Of a DNA stretch of 64,000 nt, positions 38,030-51,583 are shown piece after piece. The stretch comes from Mobula hypostoma (lineage: Eukaryota), in the NCBI RefSeq assembly GCF_963921235.1, contig NC_086097.1, forward strand, positions 183,026,001-183,090,000, given 5' to 3'. Below the pieces are notes generated by a model, which did not search any database, was not told the origin of the DNA, and saw only the letters and a list, made by a program, of their open reading frames with translations. Positions within the stretch are counted from its first letter, which is position 1. Each line of letters starts with the position of its first letter. The position numbers were made by a program, and so were the translations under genes.

Positions 38030-40560
38030 AAGCTTTTGCAATCCATGAGGAAGTCATGGAGGGGTTGTCTACGGAGTCTGTGTGGGTGGAAGTTAGGAAT
38101 AGGAGAGGGTCAATAACTCTATTGGGTATTTTTTATAGACCACCCAATAGTAACAGGGATATTGAGGAGCAGATAGGGAGATAGATTCTGGAAAAGAGTA
38201 ACAATAACAGGGTTGTTGTGGTGAGAGATTTTAATATCCCAAACATTAATCGGCATCTCCCTAGAGTGAGGGGTTTAGATGGGGTAGAGATTGTTAGATA
38301 TGTTCAGGAAGGTTTCCTGACACAATCTGTAGATAAGCCTACAAGAGGAGAGGCTGTACTTGATCTGGTATTGGGAAATGAACCTGGTCAGGTGACAGGT
38401 CTCTCAGTGGGAGAGCATTTTGGAGATAGTGATCACAGTTCTATCTCCTTTACCATAGCATTGGAGAGGGATAGGAACAGACAAGTTAGGGAAACGTTTA
38501 GTTGGAGTAAGGGGAACTATGAGTCTATCAGGCAGGAACTTGGAAGCATAAATTGGAAATGTTCAGAGGATATTTGCGTGGGGTTCTGAGTAGGTATGTT
38601 CCAATAAGACATAGAAAGGATGGTATGATACAAGTTCTGTGGTGCACAAAGGCTGTTGTAAATCTAGTTAAAAAGAAAAGAAGAGCTTACAAAAGATTCA
38701 AAAAACTAGGTAATGATATGAATCTAGAAGATAATAAGGCTTGCAGGAAGGAGTTTAAGAATGAAATTAGGAGAGACAGAAGGGGCCATGAGAAGGTCTG
38801 GTGAACAGGATTAAGGGAAACCCCAAGGTATTCTACAAGTATGTGAAGAGCAAGAGGATAAGACGTGAGAGAATAGGACAAATCAAGTGTGACAATGGAA
38901 AAGTCTGTATGGAATCAGAGGATACAGCGGAGATACTTAATGAATACTTTGCTTCAGTATTCACTACAGAAAAGGATCTTGGCGATTGTAGGGATGACTT
39001 GCAGTGGACTGAAAAGCTTGAGAATGTTGATATTAAGAAAGAGGAGGTGCTACAATGGGAAGCGAGGGTGGAGATTGCTGAGCCTCTGGCAATGATATTT
39101 GCATCATCAATGAGGATGGGAGAGGTTCTGGAGGATTAGAGGGTTGTGGATGTTGTTCCCTTATTCAAGAAAGGGAGTAGAGATATCTCAGGAAATTATA
39201 GGCCAGTGAGTCTTACTTCAGTGGTTGGTAAGTTGATGGAGAAGATCCTGAGAGGCAGGATTTATGAACATTTGGAGAGGCATAATGTGATTAGGAATAG
39301 TCATATGGCTTTGTGAAAGGCAGGTCGTGCCTTACGAGCCTGACTGAATTTTTGAGGATGTGACTAAGCACATTGATGAAGGTAGAGCTGTAGATGTAGT
39401 GTATACGGATTTTACCACGGCATTTGATAAGGTTCCCCATGCAAGACTTATTGAGAAAGTAAGGAGGCATGGGATCCAAGGGGACATTGCTTTGTGGATT
39501 CAGAACTGGCTTGCCCACAGAAGGCAAAGAGTAGTTGTAGATGGGTCATATTCTGCATGGAGGTCGGTGACCAGTGGTGTGCCTCAGGGATCTGTTCTGG
39601 GTCCCCTACTCTTTGTGATTTTTATAAATGACCTGGATGAGGAAGTGGAGGTTTGGGTTAGTAAATTTGCTGATAACACAAAAGTTGGGTGTGTTGTGGC
39701 TAGTGTGGAGGCTGTCAGAGGTTACAACAGGACACTGATAGGATGCAAAACTGGGCTGAGAAGTGGCAGATGGAGCTCAACCCAGATAAGTGTGAGGTGG
39801 CTCATTTTGGTAGGTGAAATATGATGGCAGAATATAGTATTAATGGTAAGACTCTTGGCAGTGTGGAGGATCAGAAGGATCTTGGGGTTCGAGTCCATAG
39901 GACATTCAAAGCAGCTGCGCAGGTTGACTCTGTAGTTAAGAAGGCATATGGTGCATTGGCCTTCATCAATCGTGGGACTGAGTTTAAGAGCTGAGAGGTA
40001 ATGTTGCAGCTATATAGGATCCTGGTCAGACCCACTTGGAGTACAGTGCTCAATTCTGGTCACCTCACTATAGGAAGGACGTGGAAACCATAGAAAGGGT
40101 GCATAGGAGATTTACAAGGATGTTGCCTAGATTGGGGAGCATGCCTTATGAGAATAGGTTGAGTGAACTCGGCCTTTTCCCCTTGGAGCGATGGAGGATG
40201 AGAGGTGACCTGATAGAGATGTACAAGATAACGAGAGGCATTGATCATGTGGATAGTCAGAGGCTTTTCCCCAGGGCTGAATTGGCTAGCACAAGAGGGC
40301 ATAGGGAGGAGCTTGGAAGTAGGTACAGAGGAGATGTCAGGGGTAAGTTTTTTACACAGAGAGTGGTGAGTGCATGGAATGGGCTGCCGGCGGCGGTGGT
40401 GGAGGTGATAGGGTCTTTTAAGAGACTCCTGGATGGCTACATGGAACTTAGAAAAATAGAGGGCTATCGATAAAGCCTAGGTAGTTCTAAGGTAGGGACA
40501 TGTTTGGCACAGCTTTGTGGGCCGAAGGGCCTGTATTGTGCTGTATGTTTTCTGTGTTCT
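38030..40560 (+). mobile_element. CR1 LINE ORF2 (partial endonuclease + RT), multiply disrupted
   Basis: YRPPNS, PTRGEAVLDLVL, SDHSSI, GVPQGSVLGPLLF, RGDLIEMYK in successive frames. Confidence 0.92.
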
Positions 40561-41196
40561 TCAGAAGTTAAGAATGAGGTGTAGAACTTTCTGCTTGTTT
40601 TATTAAGTATTATAAGAACAAATATGACAAAGGGAGAAGAAGCATGAGGAGAGAGAATGAAGAAAGAGCAAGGACAAAGGTGGTGTGGTCTTATACCACA
40701 CCACTGATAACAGTAAATTCCATTGAAATTCCAACAGACTCAAGTAATGTAACACCCTTCACTGAAACCAAGAAGTCTCCAGCAAAGTAGATGCAACTGT
40801 AACCACTGCAAAACTCACTGAACAATCACATGTTTATGGGTAATTATATAAAAAGCACAAACACGCATAGGAATGGAATGCTTAAAATATAACAATGATG
40901 GTAGCAGCAAGAAGATGGTGATGGCTCCAGGAAAAATGCAAACTCTGTTTATGTAATTCTATTCCTGATGAGGCGTGCTTGTTAATAGCACAATTAACAA
41001 TGGTTGCGTCACTGTGATGACTGAGGATAGACTAATAGGGTGATTAGCGAGAGTGGATCTATCCTCCTTCTGTAAACAAGACAGGATCCATAAAAATGCA
41101 AAATGAAATCCCAGGTAGTGAGCTGGGTTAGGGGGAAAAGTAGTGAGAGGGACTGAGGAATTAAGGGATAACTGCAGTCTGTTCTGTTGGTGTAAG

Positions 41197-41331
41197 GTGA
41201 TGAAAGCTGCCACTGGTCAGCGTGGAGTGCATGTTCCCTCACCTGTGGGTCAGCCTATAGAAGCAGGAGGTGCTCGGAATCAGGAGAAGATCGACGGGAA
41301 CTGGAGCCCTGTTACAGTCAGCCATGTCCAG
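41197..41331 (+). CDS. SSPO: SCO-spondin exon, compact TSR1 (GDESCHWSAWSACSLTCGSAYRSRRC...CYSQPCP)
   Basis: Weak aAG acceptor, donor CAG|GTCAGT; 135 nt, phase 1-1; WSxWSxCSxTCG motif; hand-translated. Confidence 0.82.
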
Positions 41332-42074
41332 GTCAGTGTAAACTCTGAATCTGCAGCCTTGATCCGGGCTCATTCCAAAAAATGGTCTCACCTCCTGATG
41401 AAGCATCCTGGCCCAAAACATCAACATAGATACTGCCTAACTTGCTAAGTTCTTACAGTGTTTTGTGTGCTGTGGTCACATTTCTCAGGATATGGACAAT
41501 GTTGACAAGTGTTTATTTTCTTTTTGTTGTGGGAGGTAAAATAGTTCTCATACCCCATAATAATCAGTAAAGACTCCTGACCCTTTGTTTACTAGTTCAT
41601 TTGAGCATGTGACAAGTGAGGAGGCTGAGCAGTGGCAAGATAGTCTTTTCTTTCTTTTAATTCAGTTGTAATTTGAGGGACAGAAATGGCAATCAGTGGA
41701 ATGGATGCTTCTCTTGTGAAATGTTTGGAGATTGGGGAGCAGTCCAGTGCTCCAGACAATTACTTCTGCAGCAAGTGAGTCCGCCTGCTCCTCCTCTCGG
41801 ACCACGTAAATTGGCCAGAACAGCAGCTGGACTCACTGAGGAGCAGCAGGAAGAAATGGTTATAGTGAGGAGTTTCGGGGAAGTGGTCTTTCCACAGGTT
41901 CAGCAAATAGGTGGGTGGCCTCTAAGAACAACAGAACAATTGCAGCTGGTCTTCTCTCTAACAGGTACACTGCTTTGCATATCATTGGAGGGGATGGTCT
42001 TTGAGTGGAAAACAACAGCAGTAGCCAGAACAGTGGCAGAACAAGGCAGTTCTAGATTGGGTATTGTGTAATGA

Positions 42075-45000
42075 ACCAGTTTTGATTAGGGAGCTTAAGG
42101 TAAAGGAACCTGTAGGAAGCAGTGATCATAATGTGACAGAATTCATCCTGCAGTTTGAGAGGAAGAAGCTAAAGTCAAATGTATCAGTAATACAGTGGAG
42201 AAAAGGGAGTACAGAGGCATGAGAGAGAAGCTTGCAAAGCTGAGTGAAGGGGTACATCAGGGATGACAGCAGAACAGCAATGGCTGGAATCTCTGGGAGG
42301 AATTCAGTAAGCACAGGATGGTTACATCCCAAAGATGAAGAAGTATTCTAAAGGGAAGATGACAAAACCATGGCTGACAAGCGAGGTCAAAGACAGCATA
42401 AAAGCAAAAGGAAGGAAATATAGCAAAAATTTGTGGGGAGTGTTTAAAAACCAACAAAAGGCAGCTAAAGCAGCCATAAGTAGAGAAAAAAATAAAATAT
42501 GAAGATAAGCTAGCCAACACTATAAAAGAGGATACCAGAAGTATTTTCTGATATAGTATATAAAGAGTAAAAGAGAGGCGAGAGTGCATATCAGACCGCT
42601 GCAGAGATAGTAATGCAGGACATAGAAATGACAGACAAACTTTTAAGTATTTTGCATCATTCTTCACTGAGGAAGATACTAAAAGAATGCCAGAAATTCA
42701 GGAGTACCAGGGGGCAGAGGTGTGTGTAGTTGCTATTACTAAGGAGAAAGTGCTTGGGAAGCTGGAAGATCTGAATGTACTGTAGATAAGTGACCTAGAC
42801 CAGATGGACTACACTCCAGGGTTCTGAAAGAGGTTGTTGAAGAGATTGTGGATGCGTTAGTAATGATCTTCTAAGAAAAACTTTTCAGGGAGGTTTGTTA
42901 GTGCTGTTGGGGAGACTTTAAACTAGATTTGCAGGGGGATGGGAACCAGAGCGCTAGAGCTGACAGTGGGGCTGGGGTGAAAATAAATGTTGTTAAAAGT
43001 TCAAGCAAAGCCGCAAATAGAAAGGTTGTGAGTGGTGGTAAAAATCTTCTGAGGTGTATATATTTCAATGCTAGGAGTATTGCGGGGAAAGCAGATGAGT
43101 TGAGAGCGTGGATTAACACTTGGAATTATGACATTATAGCAATTAGAGAAACTTGGCTACAGGAGGGGCAGGACTGGCAGCTTAATATTCCAGGGTTCCG
43201 ATGTTTCAGATGTGATAGAGGCAGAGGAATGAAAGGTGGGGGAGTAGCATTGCTTGTTAGGGAAAATATTACAGCGGTGCTCAGGCCGGACAGATTAGAG
43301 GGCTTGTCTACTTAGTCCTTATGGGTGGAGCAGAGAAACAGGAAAGGTCTGGCCACATAAGTGGGGTTGTATTATAGACCACCCAATAGTCAGCGAGAAT
43401 TGGAGGAGCAAATCTGCAGAGAGATAGCAGGCAACTGCAGGAAACAAAGTTGTGGTGGTAGGGGATTTTAGATATTAATTTTCCACATATTGATTGGGCC
43501 TCCCATACTGTTAGGGGTCTAGATGGTTTAGAGTTTGTAAAATGTGTTCAGGAAAGTTTTCTAAATCAATATATAGAGGTACAGTACCAACCAGAGGGGA
43601 TGCAATATTGGATCTCCTGTTAGGAAACGAGTTAGGACAAGTGACGAAAGTGTGTGTAGGGGAGCACTTTGGTTCCAGTGATCATAACACCATTAGTTTC
43701 AACCTGATCATGGACAAGGATAGATCTGGTCCTAGGGTTGAGGTTCTGAACTGGAAGAAGGCCAAATTTGAAGAAATGAGAAAGGATCTAAAAAGCGTGG
43801 ATTGGGACAGGTTGTTCTCTGGCAAGGATGTGATCGGTAAGTGGGAAGCCTTCAAAGGAGAAATTTTGAGAGTGCAGAGGTTGTATGTTCCTGTCAGGAT
43901 TAAAGGCAAAGTAAATAGGAAGAAGGAACCTTGGTTCTCAAGGGATATTGCAACTCTGATAAAGAAGAAGAGAGAGTTGTATGACATGTATAGGAAACAG
44001 GGAGTAAATAAGGTGCTTGAGGAGTATAAAAAGTGCAAGAAAATACTTAAAAAGGAAATCAGGAGGAGTAAAAGAAGACATGAGGTTGCCTTGGCAGTCG
44101 AAGTGAAGGATAATCCAAAGAGCTTTTACAGGTATATTAAGAGTAAAAGGATTGTAAGGGATAAAATTGGTCCTCTTGAAGATCAGAATGGTCAGCTATG
44201 TGCGGAACCAAAAGAAATGGGGGAGATCTTAAATGGGTTTTTTGCGTCTGTATTTACTAAGGAAACTGGCATGAAGTCTATGGAATTAAGGAAAACAAGT
44301 AGTGAGATCATGGGAACTGTACAGATTGAAAAGGAGGAGGTGCTTGCTATCTTGAGACAAATTAAAGTGGATAAATCCCCAGGACCTGACAGGGTATTCC
44401 CTTGGACCTTGAAGGAGACTAGTGCTGAAATTATAGGGGCCCTGGCAGATATATTTAAAATGCTGGTGTCTATGGGTGAGGTGCCGGAGGACTGGAGAGT
44501 GGCTCATGTTGTTCCATTGTTTAAAAAAGGATCGAAAATTAATCCAGGAAATTATAGGCCGGTTAGTTTGATGTCGGTAGTGGGTAAGTTATTGGAGGGA
44601 GTACTAAGAGACAGAATCTACAAGCATTTGGATAGACAGGGACTTATTAGGGAGAGTCAACATGGCTTTGTGCGTGGTAGGTCATGTTTGACCAATCTAT
44701 TGGAGTTTTTCGAGGAGGTTACCAGGAAAGTGGATGAAGGGAAGGCAGTGGATGTTGTCTACATGGACTTCAGTAAGGTCTTTGACAAGGTCCCGCATGG
44801 GAGGTTCGTTAGGAAAATTCAGTCGCTAGGTATACATGGAGAGGTGGTAAATTGGATTAGACATTGGCTCAATGGAAGAAGCCAAAGAGTGGCACTAGAG
44901 AATTGCTTCTCAGAGTGGAGGCCTGTGACTAGTGGTGTGCCACAGGGATCAGTGCTGGGTCCATTGTTATTTGTCATCTATATCAATGATCTGGATGATG

Positions 45001-47360
45001 ATGTGGTAAATTGGATCAGCAAATTTGCTGATGATACAAAGATTGGAGGTGTAGTAGACAGTGAGGAAGGTTTTCAGAGCCTGCAGAGGGACTTGGACCA
45101 GCTGGAAAAATGGGCTGAAAAATGGCAGCTGGAGTTTAATACAGACAAGTGTGAGGTATTGCACATTGGAAGGACAAACCAAGGTAGAAAATACAGGGTA
45201 AATGGTAGGGCACTGAGGAGTGCAGTAGAACAAAGGGATCTGGGAATGCAGATACAAAATTCCCTAAAAGTGGCGTCACAGGTAGATAGGGTCGTTAAGA
45301 GAGCTTTTGGTACATTGGCCTTTATTAATCAAAGTATTGAGTGTAAGAGCTGGAATATTATGATGAGGTTGTATAAGGCATTGGTGAGGCCAAATCTCGA
45401 GTATTGTGTTCAGTTTTGGTCACCAAATTACAGGAAGGATATTAATAAGGTTGAAAGAGTGCAGAGAAGGTTTACAAGGATGTTGCCGGGACTTGAGAAA
45501 CTCAGTTATAGAGAAAGGTTGAATAGGTTAGGACTTTATTCCCTGGAGCATAGAAGAATAAGGGGAGATTTGATAGAGGTATATAAAATTATGATGGGTA
45601 TAGATAGAGTGAATGCAAACAGGCTTTTTCCACTGAGGCAAGGGGAGAAAAAAAACCAGAGGACATGGGTTAAGGGTGAGGGGGGAAAAGTTTAAAGGGA
45701 ACATTAGGTGGGGCTTCTTCACACAGAGAGTGGTGGGAGTACGGAATGAGCTGGCAGACGAGGTGGTAAATGCGGGTTCTTTTTTAACATTTAAGATACA
45801 TGGATGGGAGGTGTATGGAGGGATATGGTCCGTGTGCAGGTCAGTGGGACTAGGCAGAAAATGGTTCAGCACAGCCAAGAAGGGCCAAAAGGCCTGTTTC
45901 TGTGCTGTAGTTTTTCTATGGTTTCTATGGTTTCTAATTGCTAAATTCTGGAATGGTTATGAGGACTGGAAAATTGCAAATGAAACTCCACTCAGTTTGG
46001 AAAGGAGGAAGGCAGAAGAAGAAACAAATTATAAGTCAGTTGGTCTGATTTCAATGATTGGGAAGATGTTGGAGTCTATTATTAAGGATGAGATTTCTGG
46101 GTAATTGGGGGTGTGTGATAAAATAGGCCAAAGTCAGCATGGTTTCCTTCAGGGGGAAATTTTGCTTGACAAATTTGTTGAAATTCTTTGAGGAAATATC
46201 ACACAGGATAGACAAAGGGTAGTCAGTGAATGTTGATTATTTGGATTTCCATAAGGTCTTTGACAAGGCGCTGCTCATGAGCCTGTTTAACAAGATAAGA
46301 GCCCATGGTATTACAGCAAAGATGCTAGTGTGGATAGAAGATTAGCTGACCAGTAGGAGACTAAAGATGATTGGCTGCCGGTGACCAATGGTGTTCCACA
46401 GGGATCAGTGTTGTGACCGCTTCTTTTTACATTCTATGTCAATGAATTGGATGAGAGAATTAATGGTGTTGTGACCAAGTTTGCAGATGATACAAAGATA
46501 GGTGGACGGACATGCAGTGATGAGGAATCAGGGAGTGTGCAGAAAGACTTGGACAGATTGGAAGAATAGGCAAAGAAGTAGCAGATGGAATATAGTGTAG
46601 GGAAGCATACAGTCGTACACTTTGGGAGAAGGAATAAAGGCATAGACTATTTTCTAAATGGGGAGAAAAATCAGAGGTGCAATGGAATTTGGAAGTCCTT
46701 GCGTAGGTTAACTGTACAAAGGCTAACTTGAAGATTGAGTCAGTAGTAAGAAAGGGAAATGGAATTTTAGCATTAATTTTGAGAGGACTAGAATATAAAA
46801 GCAAGGATGTAATGCTGAGGCTTTATAAGATATTGGTCAGACTACATTTGGAGCATTGTGAAAAGTTTTGGGCCCTTTATCTGAGATAAAATATGCTGGC
46901 ATTGGAGAGGATCCAGAAGAAGTTTATGAGAACAATTACAGGAAATAAAGGGTTTACATATGAGAAGCATTTATCTGCTTTGGAGTTTAGAAGAATGAGG
47001 GGGGATCTCAATGAAACCTATTGAATATTGGAAGGCCAAGATGGTGGAGTCGAGAACCAGAGATCGCAGCCTTAGAATAGAGGGATGTCCATTTAAAACA
47101 GAGATGAGGAAGTATTTCTATAGCTGGAGAGTGGCGAATCTGTGGAATTTATTGCCACAGGCAGCTATGAAAGCCTTGTCATTGGGTATATTGAAGGCAG
47201 AAGTTGACAGATTCTTGATTAGTCAGGGCATAAAGGGATATGGGGAGAAGACAAGTTATTGGGGCTGAAAGGGAAAGGAATCAGCAATGATATAATGGCA
47301 GAGCAGTCTCAATGGGCCAAATAGTCTAATTCTGCTCCAGTATCTTATGGTTTTAATGAA
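42075..47360 (+). mobile_element. Older CR1 LINE split by a younger CR1 (host parts ~42075..42875 and ~45935..47360)
   Basis: Host sequence stops at ...ttagtaatgatcttc and resumes ctaaattctggaatggtt..gaggactgg after the inner element's tail. Confidence 0.75.
42888..45935 (+). mobile_element. Young CR1 LINE with near-complete ORF2 (APE endonuclease + RT), pseudogenised
   Basis: CIYFNARSI, IRETWL, GGGVALL (42929..43315); 717-aa frame 43542..45695 with GVPQGSVLGPLLF and FADD; (ttctatgg)n tail; stop at 43315 and frameshifts. Confidence 0.95.
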
Positions 47361-47569
47361 TTCTTTGCTTCAGTGTGCACCAGTGAGAGGGACTTTGATG
47401 AATGTGAAGTCAGTGGAGAACAAGCTACTGTGCTGGAGTATCTTACCCAAAGGACACTGTATTGGAGCTTTAGGAAAACATTAGGATAGATATGTCATCA
47501 GGGCTGGATGAGATATATCCTAGGTTACTATTGTAAGTGAGGTAAGAGATTGCAGAACATCTTCATGCT

Positions 47570-48360
47570 GAATGTTGGAGTCCTGGAAGACCCAGAGTCT
47601 CTCAGGGAACTGCAGCTGCAGCTCCTTGAGGACTGTCTTGGGGATTGGAGCAGCAGCCGAATGACCTTTGGCTTGTATGGGAGAGTGAGGAGATCATCAA
47701 TTGGAGTGACAGGAAGTAGTCGCCCCTAAGTTGCAGGAGCCAGCTAGCTGGGTGACTGTCAGGAAGAGGATTGGGCCAGTGAATAGGCAATTAGCACCGA
47801 GGACCCCTGTGGCCATTCCCCTTAATAATAGATATGCCATTTTGGATATTGTGTGGGGGATGACCTCCCAGAGCAATGCCATGGAGACCAGGTTACTGAC
47901 ACTGAGCATGGGACTGTGGTGCAGAAGGGAAAGAGGGAGAAGAAGGGAGCGGTAGTGATAAGGGACTCGATAGGCAGAGGAACAGACAGGAGATTCTGTG
48001 GAAGTGTATGGGAAACCCGGATGGTGTGTTGCCTCCCAGTTGGCAGGATCAGGGACGTCATGGATTGCAAGTGGAGGGGAAGCAGCCAGATGTTTTGATA
48101 CATATTGGTACCAATGACATGGGAAGGAAAAGCAAAGAGGTCCTGAAGAGAGAACTTAGAGAGCTAGGTAGAAAGCTGAGAAGGGTAGTAATTTCTGGAT
48201 TGCTGCCTGTGCCACATGCCAGTGAGGGTAGAAACAGGGCAATTTGGCTGAGAAGCTGGTGCAGAGGGCAGAGCTTCAGGTTCTTGGATCATTGGGATCT
48301 CTTCTGGGGGAGGTATGACCTGTTCAAAAGTGACAAGTTGCACCTAAATGTGCTTTAAGT
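47570..48360 (+). mobile_element. CR1 ORF1 fragment (SGNH-esterase-like)
   Basis: AVVIRDSIGRGTDRRFCG..RMVCCLP, QPDVLIHIGTNDMG, VVISGLLPVP, DHWDLFWGR. Confidence 0.8.
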
Positions 48361-49873
48361 TACCTGGAGCAGATAAACAGCACCCTAGGGTTCTGAAAGC
48401 AGTAGAGACTGTGGAGACATTGGTAATGTTCTTTCAAGAATCATTGGACTCTGGCATGGTTCTGGAGGACTGGAAAATTGGAAACGTCACTCCACTCTTG
48501 AAGAAAAGAGGGAGGCAGCAGAAAGGAAATTATAGGCTGCTTAGCCTGACAGCAGTGATAGGGAAGATATTGGAGTCTATTATTAAGGATGAGGTTATTT
48601 GGTTCTTGGTCAAGTGTCTTATGAGGAAATGATGAGCAAGCTAGGGCTTTTCTGTTTGGAGCAGAGGATGAGATGTGACTTGACAGAGATGTATGAGATG
48701 ATAAGAGGCATAGATAGAGGGGACAGCTAGCACCTTTTTCCTGGAGTAGCAACAGTTGATACCACAGTTCATCCCTTTTAGGTGACTGGAGGAAAGTACA
48801 GGAGAGATGTCAGAGGTCGATTTTTTACACCGAGTTGTTGGTGCCTGGAACACACTGCTGGGATGATGGTAGAGGTTGATTCATTTGAGACATTCTAGAG
48901 ACTACTAGATAGATACATGAATGAAAGAAAACTGGTGGATTATCAGCTGTATAGGAGTGAAGGGTTAGGTTGATTTTGGCTAAAACCTTGGCACAACATT
49001 GTGAGCCAAGCTGTGCTGTGCTGTTCTATGTTCAATGTACTGATCCATGCACTGAATTCATCACCCCTATCTCTCATATCCTAGTATTACAATAAATCAG
49101 TCTGTCCCAACATGTATATTGCCTTGCTTCTACCTGTGTTTCCTTACAGACCTACAGGTCATGACATCTACCTTTCTTTCAATCTCCTTGATGCTCTGGT
49201 TCCAATCCCCCTGCCAAACTAGTTTAACCCTTCCTTGCACCTCCCTCTCCACAAGTAGCACAAGTGAATTACCCAACCAGGACATTGGCTCTCCCCAGAT
49301 AAGGTGCGGCCTGCTTCTCTTGCAGAGGCTCCCCCCCCCCCCCTCAGTAGAGGTTCCAGTGATCCAAGAACCTGAATCCCTGGCTAGCACGTGGCATCAG
49401 GAGTAATCCAGAGGTTTCAGTCTTTCAGCCTCTTAACTCCTTTCATTCTCCACACGTGACTTCTTTTTCCTTTCTACTTCTGCCACTGGTGCTAATGTGT
49501 ACTTGTGTTTTGTCTTTGTCTCCCCATCTGTCCGTCAGTGTGTTCCTCAGGTTCTGTCTCAGTTTCTCTGTGTGTACCTCTTGGGCCATCTCTTAGTGTC
49601 AGATTTGTCTAATTGAGTGGGAAACCTGTCTCCCTATTTGCATGTGTCTCTGGAACAGTTAGTACAGTCTTCCATGTTGCTGCATATCCCTCTACATCTG
49701 TCTGTGCATGTTCCTATCTGTGTATCCTTCTGGGATTATGTCCTCACCTGTCAGCCTTTATCCCTCTGAGGCTGGAACACATCTTTCTCAATGTCCATTT
49801 GGGGTCTTCTTGCCATCCATCTTGTGCATATTCACATTCTCTGACGAATTTCTTTCAATTGCTTTCTTTACAG

Positions 49874-50032
49874 TTGACTGTGAACTGGGCTTATGGAGTG
49901 AATGGACAGTTTGTTCATGTACCTCTCCTGTGCAACACCGATATCGCATCGCCCACAAACCCCTGTATGGGGGGAGACCCTGCAGAGGGCGCGAGAAGAT
50001 GTCCCGAGTGTGTCACCAGCTGGAGTGTGCAG
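49874..50032 (+). CDS. SSPO: SCO-spondin exon, TSR1 (VDCELGLWSEWTVCSC...CHQLECA)
   Basis: ctttctttacAG acceptor, donor CAG|GTGAGG; 159 nt, phase 1-1. Confidence 0.92.
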
Positions 50033-51449
50033 GTGAGGAGGGAGACTGTGGCACTGGTTTCTCACTTGCTGTGGTAATGAGTAGGTGAAGGAACTGGAGT
50101 GAAGCAGACTGTGAGGTTACTGGGAAGACAGTAACAGGCAGTGATGGGTTGCGAATGGAACTATGATGCTACCTTGCAGTTATACCCACTCATGGAGAAA
50201 GCTTTGGCAGTAAACCGTGAGGGGAAAACTCTAGAGCTGGAGCCCCTAAATAGTCCTGCGGCTCTGCTGGTGCCAACTGTATCGGTCTCTGCCGTTCCTT
50301 TGGGTTCATCAGGTGTGTGGAGAGGGGGAGCTTGCTACATGGACAACAGCTTGCTGTCAGTATTCTGAAGCCCTGGTTTGCGTGTCTGGACAGCTAGGAT
50401 GGAATATCCATGGTCCAACCTGACCTACGGAGGCTTCACTTACTCAGATAGCAGAAGGTTGTTTATTGAACCGAGGTCAGTGACTGGTGGTATGCTCAAG
50501 GCATTGGTGCTGGGCTCATTGTTGATCATTACCTGTATCAGTGATTTGGATGATAATGTACAAGGCATAGCTAGTAAGTTTATAGATGACTTTGAAATGT
50601 GTTGTATCATACACAGCTAAGTCACTCAACAATTACATGGAGATCTTGATCAACTGGCTAAGTGTGCCAAAGAATGGCAAATGGTATTCAATTCAAATAA
50701 GAGTTGCATTTTGGAAAATCAAATCAAGGTGGAACTTTCTCAGCAAACATTTGGGAGCTGGAGAGTGTTGTAGAACCGAGGGAACTGGGAGTACAAATAC
50801 GTATACGGTTCCCTGAAAGTAGCATCACAGGTAGACAGGGTGGCGAAGAATCCATTTGATACGCTGCCCTTCATCAGTCAGTTATCTAAGGATAACCAGA
50901 GGCACAACTTCTTTACCCAGAGGGTGGTCAGTACATGGAATAAGCTGCCAGAGGAAGTGCTTGAAGCAGGTACAATAACAACATTTAAAAAAACATTTGG
51001 TCAAGTACAAGGATAGGAAAGATTTAGAAGCAAAACGTAGCAAAAAGGACTAACTTAGATGGAATCCAGATCAGTATGGATGAGGGACCTCTTTTTGTTC
51101 TGTATAACTTTATGACTGTGTAATTGTAAATAAACCAGTTTCTTCTACACAAAAACATCTTCTAAATTATCTTGAAGTCATCTGATATGAATTGATATTA
51201 AGAGATGACAGTCTTAATGTGACAATTACTATTCATACCCTTTACTACACCCAGTTGTTTTCTTCCTCACCCGCCACCAGACTTGACATCCTCACGGATC
51301 AATCTCGATATCTCCCCTCCTCTCTTGCTTCCTTGCCCTGTCCCTCTCTCTCTTCTTCATCCCCCCTTCTCTCGATCTCATCCATCTTCCTGTCTCCATT
51401 CAGCAATTCCCAGTGTTTTCTCCGTTTTTGACGCAGTTTCTTTTCTCAG

Positions 51450-51583
51450 ACGCTAAGTGTGAAAGTCCATTTGAGCACCGAATGTGTGGGTCAGGCTGTG
51501 GTGGTCACTGCTCTGACCTTGGCCAGAAACAAGAATGTGATGTCGCTGGGAAGAAGTGTATTGCAGGATGTTACTGTCCAGAG
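51450..51583 (+). CDS. SSPO: SCO-spondin exon, TIL domain (DAKCESPFEHRMCGSGCGGHC...CIAGCYCPE)
   Basis: tttcttttctcAG acceptor, donor GAG|GTAGGT; 134 nt, phase 1-0; hand-translated. Confidence 0.92.

Noticed and set aside
41171..41200. Upstream acceptor ctgcAG at 41177 for the compact TSR exon
   Set aside because: In phase 1 it reads into a TGA stop; the AG at 41195-41196 keeps the frame.
43542..45695. 717-aa ORF as a host or domesticated gene
   Set aside because: Ordinary CR1 ORF2 with a broken endonuclease region, a frameshifted end and a LINE tail.
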